A DNA stretch of 62,915 nt, counting the filler, from Conidiobolus incongruus B7586 (Eukaryota), in NCBI GenBank assembly GCA_000697335.1. It is 8 parts of 8 records of this genome, joined end to end, with 100 filler letters (N's around TTAATTAATTAA, not from the genome) between each part and the next. Parts side by side here need not be neighbours in the genome. Positions count along the whole stretch, not along the records: positions 39,804 to 55,303 come from JNEM01000091.1; positions 55,404 to 57,251 come from JNEM01000097.1; positions 57,352 to 58,966 come from JNEM01000098.1; positions 59,067 to 60,131 come from JNEM01000099.1; positions 60,232 to 62,915 come from JNEM01000105.1; 3 more parts are not named here. One strand, 5' to 3'. Numbering within the stretch: the first letter of the stretch is position 1; each line of letters opens with the position of its first letter. The notes under the pieces were generated by a model, which was given only the letters and a program-made list of their open reading frames with translations, had not been told where the DNA came from and searched no databases. The position numbers and the translations under genes were made by a program. Below, one piece after another: positions 53,643-62,915 of the stretch.

Positions 53643-55303
53643 GATTAAAGTTTTCAAGCTAAAAGAATCTTAATGTTTTTAATCAATAGAAGTAAATTTT
53701 TATATATCACATTTTAATTTATTTGACAATAGTATTTAACATATTATCCACTTTAAAAAATCGCTTATTAACTAATGAAATCAATTTTGAAAAATATATA
53801 TCAAACGATAAAAATCAATATCTAAAAATCATATTTAATATAGAATTAATAAAATCTCGAGTTAACTAAATATTAATTGATATCACAGGTGATTATTTTG
53901 AAATTGAATATATCAGCAAATGCTCTTAATTATAAGTGAAATTTTTATTCAATTTTAAGACAATAAATAATATTTAATCGAATATTCAAATTCGGTCCTA
54001 GACTAAATGAAAAAATCAAAATAATATACTCAAAGCATCCAACACTTGGAATATTTCAAAAAATTAAGTACAAATAATCCAATTTTGAAAATATTTTATA
54101 TTCAAGATTGGAATTTTCTTAATTGATGTCAAGTCCTTCATAAATTTTGTATCGCTAATAAATTATTAATGGGACAAATCAATTGATATATAATTACTTG
54201 AAAATATAAAACTATACAGGTAATCCAAAATAAATAACTTTGTATCAGCCATTTTTTCAATAAGATAACTTCACATTAGTGCAATTAATTGACAAAAGTA
54301 ATAAAATCACTGTGTGTTATTACCAATTCCATAGAAGTTTAAATTTGATTTAGATTTTGACTAAAAATATCCTAATTTTTTTCTAAATTTCTGAGGACTT
54401 GAATGAGTTATTTTAAAAAAATTATATCTCTTGTATTGATAAAATCAAAATAATTTGAGCGAATTTTGATTTTATTGCTAGTTCGTGTATATTCAAAAAT
54501 AACAAATAAAATTTCAATGCAATTAGGCATAATTTGCAATAATTCATGTGAATTTAAAAAATTTTACTATTATTTATAATAAAATATTTAATCAATAGAC
54601 CTTTTTAATTTCAAATTATTTATAAAATATATTTGATTTAGCCTATTAACAATCTGAGGCATTTGACAAAAATATATAGTAAAATATATTAAGAATTTTA
54701 AACTTATATAGTTTGCAAAAATTCAATTATTATTGAAAACATTTGTTTTTATAACTCATTCTGGATGAATAAAGTCAAGTTCTAACTATCAGAATATTTT
54801 ATTTAATATTTACTCATTATTTTGAAAGTTTATAAAAATATAAATGATATTTACGATTAATAAATCATATTTTATATTTATATAATAAAATAACATTTAA
54901 CTATAATATTTTATTATATATACTTAATTAATATAATTTTTTTTATATTTTCATTATTAGGTTAATAATGGTTAATTTAATATCTTTAATTAATATTGGA
55001 AAATATCATATTTAACCTAAAAACTGAATTTTTTGTTTTTAATGATTTTAGACATAACTATGATTTTATTTTTAAATAAAATATTATTTTATTTATTATT
55101 AATTACCATTATAATCATCCAAGCTAATTGATTATTTTTTGTTTATTTTTTATTATTATTATTTTATATAATTGATTATTATCTATTTTATTCTATTGAT
55201 AATTATAATTTCTGGATTATTTAATAAAATTAATATTTTAATATAATATCTTTTCAAAATAATTAAATATTAATATTTGATTATTATAAGATATAATTTA
55301 ATT

Positions 55304-55403
55304 NNNNNNNNNNNNNNNNNNNNNNNNNNNNNNNNNNNNNNNNNNNNTTAATTAATTAANNNNNNNNNNNNNNNNNNNNNNNNNNNNNNNNNNNNNNNNN
55401 NNN
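55304..55403. other. Artificial assembly spacer
   Basis: 44N-TTAATTAATTAA-44N. Confidence 0.97.
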
Positions 55404-56249
55404 TATTTTATATAATTTTTTATTTAGTTTTTAAAATTATATTAATTAATACAAGTTTTATATTTTATATTTATATTAAAATAATATTATTTTAATAAAT
55501 AGGTTTAAAATATATAAAGTTAAATCTATTAAAATTCTTGATACAAAAATTTAAAACAAAATTAATAATATACTTATTATACTATAACCTATGGGATTTT
55601 ATTTAATTTGAATAACTAAATAATTTGCTTATAGGAAAGAAAATTATCATAATAAATTACATTGCTTTATCGAATATTCAATTTCAGTGTTTAATAAAAA
55701 AACTGTGTTTAGGTGTTCAAAACTTGTCAAAGGTTTGATAAAGAGATATTATTAATAAAACAGAGTATTAATTTTATACTGATTATTTTGTATATTATAT
55801 ATTAGAAATTATAATCAATTTGGTTTTAACACCTGACCATTATTTAAATTGTCTATTTATATTATATATATTAATACTTTAATATAAATTGGTCTTGAAG
55901 AGCGAAATAAATTGGTTAAAATAATGTAAATAGACTCGAATCAGAAATGGATCTTGAAATTATTTATATATTATACTTTTCGATAAGCAATGATATTATT
56001 AATTATTTCTTCAATCAACATCAAATATATATATATATATATATAATATATTATATGAAATATTTATAAAGTACTAAATGAATATTAAAATGTAACAGAT
56101 TCAATTATTAAATCAATTAATACAATTTCATACTTAACTGAATATCTTATATTTGATGACTATATATGATCAAGTGTTTTAGAGTGGCAATGTCACAAAT
56201 ATCAATTTGAATTTATGCTATTGATTTAAAGCTTCTATTTACCAATTTA

Positions 56250-57150
56250 TACTCCAAAGACAGCTCAATAACAAGTGGATAATAAACAATAAGCTAACAG
56301 AGTATTATTCAGCATAGAAACATTATACTGGTAAAATAATCCACATATTAGAATTCTGTTAACTTGAAGTCTATTCAATATTGCACCAATACATTCTGCG
56401 TCAAAATTCCTGATCCATTCTTAATAAAATAAACTTGATTTTACAAATATAAGGAGTATGATGTGTGCATTTTCAAAAATTGTTCTCAACTTTTGAACCA
56501 GCCTATAGTGCCTCCTATGTGGATAAAACTATTTGGATTATTAGTAATAAACCCATGATAGTGACAATGATATCTCCGATGGAGAATTAAAAAACAATTC
56601 TTGCTAGTGAATAGTATGTTTATATTCCCCAAGTATAGGAGATAGTATGAAAATTTGTAATGAATCAAATATTGCAATAATGCAATGTTAGGAAGTACAC
56701 AGTTAATATACAACCAATGTAAGCACATATTATCGCAGAGATATTGTAATTATTAAAAAATGTCTAATATTATAGGGATCATGAGGCTATTTAAGATAAT
56801 TAAGATTTATACATGGTAAATTCCCAATCTTTGTACATAGTTTTTGGTTTATTACTTGATCTTTGCTTAGCATTCATACTTCAATCATTATATGAATTTT
56901 GATTCTAAACACGGATTAATGCATTAGATTGAGCATATAATCCTTGTGTATTTAACAATCAATGGTAAAGTTTGATTTGGATACGAATTGGGATACCTGA
57001 TGTCAGAGTGGTTGTTTTATATCATAAATACCAAAGAGGATTCTAATATTAATAATCGCCGAATCTTCAGGAAAATTATTGATTCCAAGCAATTTAACCC
57101 AACTATCAAATCCATTGCATTCATATGAGAGTGCAGATATAAACCTATTA
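56250..57150 (-). pseudogene. Possible decayed membrane-protein gene
   Basis: Locally higher GC. Minus-strand frames give hydrophobic runs broken by stops (YNISAIICAYIGCILTVYFLTLHY..., FSIGDIIVTIMGLLLIIQIVLST*). Family not recognised. Confidence 0.25.
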
Positions 57151-57251
57151 AAATCTTGTTTAGCTAAAACATTTCAAATTGATTTCTAACAGTTTGTGGC
57201 TTTTAATTATGTTATTAAATTTATTTCATACATTAAAATTATTAATAATAA

Positions 57252-57351
57252 NNNNNNNNNNNNNNNNNNNNNNNNNNNNNNNNNNNNNNNNNNNNTTAAT
57301 TAATTAANNNNNNNNNNNNNNNNNNNNNNNNNNNNNNNNNNNNNNNNNNNN
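57252..57351. other. Artificial assembly spacer
   Basis: 44N-TTAATTAATTAA-44N. Confidence 0.97.
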
Positions 57352-57352
57352 A

Positions 57353-57628
57353 AAGAAATGGTCTAAGGGAAAGGTCAAGGATAAGGCCAACAACGCTGTC
57401 ACTTTCGACCAAGCCACCCTTGACAAACTTCTCAAGGAAGTTCCCACCTACAAATTGGTTACTCCTTCCGTCCTTGTTGATCGTCTCCGCATCTCTGGTT
57501 CCTTGGCCCGTCAAGCTATCAAAGATTTAGAAGCTCAAGGTCTCATTAAGCTTGTCTCTGCCCACTCTTCTCAGCTTATCTACACTCGTGCTACCGCTGC
57601 CGCTGTCGCCGAAGAAGCTACTGCCTAA
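57353..57628 (+). CDS. RPS25: 40S ribosomal protein S25 (eS25), 5' end lost in gap
   Basis: Translates to [91 protein letters not shown]. Absent from the ORF track because no start codon is present. Confidence 0.97.
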   Translation, partial: KKWSKGKVKDKANNAVTFDQATLDKLLKEVPTYKLVTPSVLVDRLRISGSLARQAIKDLEAQGLIKLVSAHSSQLIYTRATAAAVAEEATA

Positions 57629-58966
57629 ATAAACAGCCCCGATCTGTATTTGTAAGTCAATATAAAGCTTATATATCTAATCTTTCTCTCTCTGTTTAAT
57701 TTAGTTATATGTATATCCCTAACTGATCTACAAAGCACAAAACCCTTTAAATATTAGTTACACTATTTGAAATTGTTTTACAAGGTATTGTTCAAGGCTA
57801 TCTCTCTTCCAAGAAATCCTGTAAATTGTGTATAAAATATTTGACTTTTTTATCGATTGTTTTTTACCACCTTTTATTTTTTCTGGCTATGGTTGGGATA
57901 TCTTTCATATCGAATCTTATTAGCATTCCGATCAACAATTCTTTTCTTCGAGCTCTTGTTCATTTAATTTTCTCGGGTATTTAATTGAGCTCAACCTTCA
58001 TTACTCAACACCAGTTTCCATTTCAACTATCTAGCAATTTTCATTATCTGTTTATAAATAACTTGATCCTCTACTCTTTTATTGATATATATGATATTCT
58101 CTTAGCTACGATACCTCAATTTTCACTCTACTTTATTCATCTTCAAACTTTCCTTGGCTTTTCAACGTTCCACCTCAATTAATAGTACATTTCAATTTTA
58201 AATTTTGAATTTCATTTTTAGATTACATCGTAACATTTTATTTTTTTTTATTTAATTGATATTATATTTGTCAATATATTTAGTGTTAATACAATATAGC
58301 CCATTCAAACACAACTTTCATATTTTAATACTCTTTATTACTTTTATTTTCTCTATTATTTTGCTTTTATTTTAGTAGATTCTTATGTGTATTTCAATTC
58401 TTTTGTATAATTTACTTATTTGTGTATTTCTATTGTAATATTATTCCTATCCTTTAATAAAATATTATTATAAACTATCGAGGTAGTTTGATTATTATTT
58501 TGAATCAAATTCCTTGATTGTTTTTAAAGATAATATTCAGTTTAAGTTCAAATCACTTAATTTTGCAAATTTAATTTGATATTCCGTTTTTTTTTTCAAT
58601 ATTTAAAATTTTTAATTAAAAATTATAGAATCATATTAATTTTGAAAAATATATAAATTTATAAAATACTATAAATTAAAATTTTTTTAAAAATATATTT
58701 TAAATTTCTAATAATATGACTAATCTATTATAGATCCTACCTATTTTATCACTTAGTATTAAAAATAAATTAGCTCTACTAATTAGATATAAAAAATATT
58801 ATTTTTAATTAACTTTTAAATTTATTTAAATTAAAATTATTGATACAGTAATATTTAATTTTATTAACTAAAATTATAATATTATATTATATCATCAATA
58901 TAACTACTTCAATTTCATTTTCAAATAAATTTAATATTAAATTTAAAATTATAATTATATAAAAAT

Positions 58967-59066
58967 NNNNNNNNNNNNNNNNNNNNNNNNNNNNNNNNNN
59001 NNNNNNNNNNTTAATTAATTAANNNNNNNNNNNNNNNNNNNNNNNNNNNNNNNNNNNNNNNNNNNN
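58967..59066. other. Artificial assembly spacer
   Basis: 44N-TTAATTAATTAA-44N. Confidence 0.97.
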
Positions 59067-60131
59067 AGCAATCACAGTTACTGGCCAGTATCCGTTCAAA
59101 GTTAACTGGTAAAGGGCAGCCATTACTATTACGCAGTATCCAAGTAAGAAGACACGCAATAAATTACCAAGGTAGTACAACGCGAAATGATCCCTAAGTA
59201 CAGTGAATAATTTGGGTTTATACATACTAAGGAGTTCCAAAATCAATCTCAAGAGAAGACATAACGCTGTAATACATGCGAATAAAATTAAAAAGATAAT
59301 GACAATTGTTAAGAAATACTGTTCAGGCTTGACTTTGATCAGTTTAGCATATTTAGAAATACCCACATCGGTGTCAGGGCTAGCATTCAGCAAATCGCTC
59401 CATTGGAAATTGGTGATCGAGGCTCTTCGAGTGAGTTGGCCAGTTAGAGCATTTGAGCCTGGAACATTGATTTTAGTTTGATATTGGTCAGGAATCCATT
59501 TGTCTAAAGCGCTAGAAACTCTGGGGATGTTGATAGCACCCATAATCCAGCCAAAATTCGATGTCCAGCCAGAATAAACTGAAGGATACTTAACGCTTAA
59601 CATACCATTAATAGCGAAACCTTGTAGCACCATAACTGTATCGAATAAGGATGGAGTGCAGCCAGGTCTAGCATGAGCACTGTGTAATCCCAAATTACCC
59701 AAACCAGTCAACAAGCTCAATCCGACAGAACCAGCTACAAACACGTACGAAGCATAAGAAATAGCAGGTGCTTGCGTGTTGATAGGGTTACCAATAGAGG
59801 TTTCAGTACATCCTAATTGCAAATTATTCACGTCGGTAAAAGTTAATTTGAATTCCAAGCCCAAACCTGGTACTTGTTGCAAGACGCTATTAAGTTGAGA
59901 TAGTTGTGAAGGTATGTCAATCTGTTTGGATGTTTGTAATTGACCAGGCTGAATAGGACAACCGGAAGTGGATAAATCACATATTGGAATAGGTATACTA
60001 GGAACGCTAATACCACCAAAGGATATTTCAAGATTTGCATTGCCTCCAGTGATAGGCTTTTGGACATCAGCGTTTAAATCAAGCTGAATATTATTATCAT
60101 TAATTTGAACTTTAAATGAAGAAACAGAAAT
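59067..60131 (-). CDS. TRP-like channel / flavin-carrier (FLC/PKD2 family) protein, internal fragment truncated at both ends
   Basis: Whole contig is one open frame of 355 codons. ML-like region ICDLSTSGCPIQPG...QLGCTETSI, then SLFDTVMVLQGFAINGMLSVKYPSVYSGWTSNFGWIMG typical of the fungal TRP/FLC family, then further TM helices. Confidence 0.8.
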
Positions 60132-60231
60132 NNNNNNNNNNNNNNNNNNNNNNNNNNNNNNNNNNNNNNNNNNNNTTAATTAATTAANNNNNNNNNNNNN
60201 NNNNNNNNNNNNNNNNNNNNNNNNNNNNNNN
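60132..60231. other. Artificial assembly spacer
   Basis: 44N-TTAATTAATTAA-44N. Confidence 0.97.
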
Positions 60232-60660
60232 GATGTTAATGTAATTTCCTGGAATACTACTGTTAATTATCTTCTTGCTTCTGGCTCAGATGATGGAACT
60301 TTCTCAGTTTGGGACCTTAGGACTTTTTCTCCTTCAGCCAAGCCTACACCTGTCGCCAGCTTCAAATGGCATTCAGCCCCCATTACCTCCATCGAATGGC
60401 ATCCTTCTGATGATTCAGTACTCGCTGTCTCTGGAGCTGATGATCAGATCACTCTTTGGGATCTTTCCGTCGAACCTGACGAAGAAAACCAAGGAGGCGT
60501 GCTTAAAAGACCTGATGGATCTATTGTTCCTCCCCAACTCCTCTTTATTCACCAAGGCCAACAAGATATTAAGGAAATTCATTGGCATAAACAAATTCCT
60601 GGTCTTATGATGTCCACTGCCGCTACTGGATTCAATATTTTCAAGACTATCTCTGTTTAA
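60232..60660 (+). CDS. RRB1: Ribosome assembly WD40 protein Rrb1/GRWD1, C-terminal 142 aa (5' lost in gap)
   Basis: DVNVISWN...LLASGSDDGTFSVWDLR...PVASFKWHSAPITSIEWHP...SGADDQITLWDLSVEPDEE...PPQLLFIHQGQQDIKEIHWHKQIPG...GFNIFKTISV*, the characteristic Rrb1/GRWD1 C-terminus. Confidence 0.95.
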   Translation, partial: DVNVISWNTTVNYLLASGSDDGTFSVWDLRTFSPSAKPTPVASFKWHSAPITSIEWHPSDDSVLAVSGADDQITLWDLSVEPDEENQGGVLKRPDGSIVPPQLLFIHQGQQDIKEIHWHKQIPGLMMSTAATGFNIFKTISV

Positions 60661-60975
60661 ACTATTCTATTAATCTACTATTGATATAATTTAAATATTC
60701 TATAACTTTCTAAATTAACTATTTTTACATTTTCATCATCACAATATTTTTCTAATCTGATTTTAAATTTGCCATCTTATTTTATAGAATATATATGTAT
60801 ATTTATACAATAAAGATTTTTTAATATATTTTCATTCTAAAGTTTCAAATTTTTTCATTAAGCATTTATTTTTTTTTCATATAATACCCATAATTTTAAT
60901 TTTGTTATTTTTCCTAGATTAAATGAATTACCACAAATTCAGAAATTAATCAAATTATTAAATTCGTAAAACATA

Positions 60976-62274
60976 ATGGATTCAGATGAAGAATTATTTA
61001 TTGAAAATAAAATTAGATTAAGAAATTCATTTGAACAACTTATATTAAAATATAGTAATATTTCATCTGAATATATTGAAGAATATGATTTAAACACTGG
61101 AGAGGGTTTTATTATTCCTAATCCAATTGAACCTTCATCTAGAAATATTTCAAATAATCCTGACGATTTGTGGAATTTTCCTGAATTCAAAGATGTAATT
61201 CCTCAAGATAATGTATCTCGTTTTGATGATAAAGATACAAGTAATTTCTAATATTACAATATTCACAAAATATTGATAATGATTGCCTGTTTTGTTTCAA
61301 TATAGCTGAACAAAATGATTTGAGTGAAGATTTGTCATTTGAAAACGAATCGAATGCAGGTAAATGTAAAATAAATTTAATTTTGATAAAATTAAATTTT
61401 AAAATAGATTTAAAAGATACCAGTATCCATGATTATAAAGAAACTTCTAAGGATATAAAAGGTATAGCTTATAACATCATTAATTCCCCCTCTATTTTAT
61501 TTTCTTTTTTAGAAAAAAATATAAGGAATCATGAAAATATCAATTTGGATCAAAATAAAACTTCAAATATATTGCCAAAGCGCCAAAAAATTGAATTAGA
61601 GTATTCGCTTTCTAACTTGAAACAAAATGACATAAATATTGATAATATAACACCTGAAACCTATAATGAGAGTGAATCACTAGAAGAAGCTGGACCTATA
61701 TTAGTGGACTGGAAGTTAGATATATCCTATTCGGATTCTGAAGTCCCATCTGAAGAGAAAGATACATTTTCCATGTTCGGGAACGATGATACCAATAAAA
61801 ATGCTGATACTTTAGATGAAAAAGATGATTACAAAGATTCTGCATCAAATAATCCTACAGCCACAAATTTATCTAATAAGGAGGACAAGCTAGTTTCTAC
61901 TCCTTTATCAAATCTCTCAATTCCATTAAAACCATCCAAAGTTAATACAAATGGTATTAGGAACAAATTTCAAATATTCTTAAAAATAAGCCATTTAATT
62001 TATAAATGAAAATTAGGATCTGTGAAAATTAATAGGCCCAGGTCAACAAAGAAAAGATCTCGACCAAAAACAAAACAGACGATTGAATTGCATTCACACG
62101 ATTCATCTATTGAGGTTAATTCAAAATCAAATGAAATCACACGAATTGGTAAGTTATATACTTTAATTTAAACTATACATGACATTAATGTATCTATTAG
62201 CTGATTCAGTTTCCTGTGGCGGTATACAATGTCAAAAAGTATTCTGCTTAGAGTGTGACTCATTAAACTGTTAG
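60976..62274 (+). CDS. SCM3: Scm3/HJURP-like CENP-A chaperone, 5 exons, ~356 aa, with C-terminal Cys4 motif
   Basis: Exons 60976-61240, 61306-61359, 61408-61953, 62017-62148, 62201-62274 join in frame through GT-AG introns. N-terminal NKIRLRNSFEQLILKYSNISSEYIEEYDLNTGE fits the Scm3 pattern (L...[FW]E.I..KY...E.DL.TGE); C-terminal CGGIQCQKVFCLEC. Confidence 0.75.
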
Positions 62275-62915
62275 ATCAAATCCAATTACAAATTTTTACT
62301 ATAATATTTAATTTTAGTTTAATTTATATAAATTATTATTTTCAGATAACATATATTTTCATCTACTATGTTTTCTCTAACTCTTTTTAATACTCTAATT
62401 TTAGGATTGAAATGAAGGTGGTTATATTTAATCTATAATAATTAATTAAAATCAGGTTAAATATTCTCATTTAGGTTTTAATTATCAATTGAATATTGCA
62501 ATGTTTTTTTATAATTAATTAAATAATAAGACTTTTTCAAGATCAAAAATAAATATATAATATAAAATCTATATATTCTTTTATTATTAATAACTTTTTG
62601 CTATATTTTTGGCAAACTTTTAATATTTAAAAAATAGTTCTTTTTATTAAATATTGAAATTTAATATTTTACAAATTAATTAAATTTATTTACAAAAATT
62701 TTCTTTCTTATAAGCTTAATTTTTAATTACTTAAAGCAATTATAATTATATAAGTTAATATTTAATAAATATTTCAAATATATTATTTTTTTCTAATTAT
62801 TCTTAATTAGAAAAATTTTCATAGTTTTTATCTTTATATATTTTACAATTATTATATAAAATAATATGTTTTTTTAAATTATATTAAAAATACTAATTAA
62901 AAATAATTTTATTTA

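Noticed and set aside
57296..57514. 72-aa minus-strand ORF running into N
   Set aside because: Antisense of RPS25.
17883..60231. Seven recurrences of TTAATTAATTAA as a biological repeat or CRISPR-like array
   Set aside because: Always centred in exactly 44+44 N and encodes stops in six frames: an assembly linker.
60275..60610. 111-aa + strand ORF
   Set aside because: Alternative frame of the RRB1 coding sequence. The same applies to overlapping ORFs at 3030, 6057, 12565, 15359, 23512, 23609, 42894, 59203, 59843 and 60939.
1779..62274. UAG reassignment (alternative genetic code) in this organism
   Set aside because: The CUA tRNA has a broken B box and acceptor stem, conserved genes have no internal TAG, and TAG ends the F-box/LRR and Scm3-like genes at sensible positions.

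Overview
Very AT-rich, gene-sparse eukaryotic DNA from a fungus. Short 48-72 nt GT-AG introns, Zn2Cys6 transcription factors, F-box/LRR genes and intron-containing tRNA-Tyr suggest an early-diverging fungus, possibly Entomophthorales/Conidiobolus-like (inference only). The window is eight contig pieces joined by seven identical 100-nt artificial spacers (44 N + TTAATTAATTAA + 44 N), so adjacency across gaps is unproven. Recognisable genes: an F-box/LRR protein with a divergent truncated paralog, a 78-aa ORF with a neurabin/Bni4-type PP1-docking motif, tRNA-Tyr(GUA), tRNA-Asn(GUU), a 4-exon MAG1/AlkA DNA glycosylase, a DES1 sphingolipid delta-4 desaturase, a PHO89/PiT phosphate symporter, a Zn2Cys6 factor with a pseudogenised tandem paralog, a coiled-coil + Myb/SANT (trihelix) protein, a secreted Gly/Asn-rich repeat protein with a probable decayed paralog, gap-truncated RPS25, FLC/PKD2-like and RRB1 genes, and a 5-exon Scm3/HJURP-like CENP-A chaperone. 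Most notable are a decayed tRNA-Tyr copy with an amber (CUA) anticodon, the PP1-docking microprotein, the Scm3-like gene with a C-terminal Cys4 motif, and stop-riddled relics, one with a tyrosine-recombinase-like motif. I see no evidence for a multi-gene novel system; the novelty is in individual loci.
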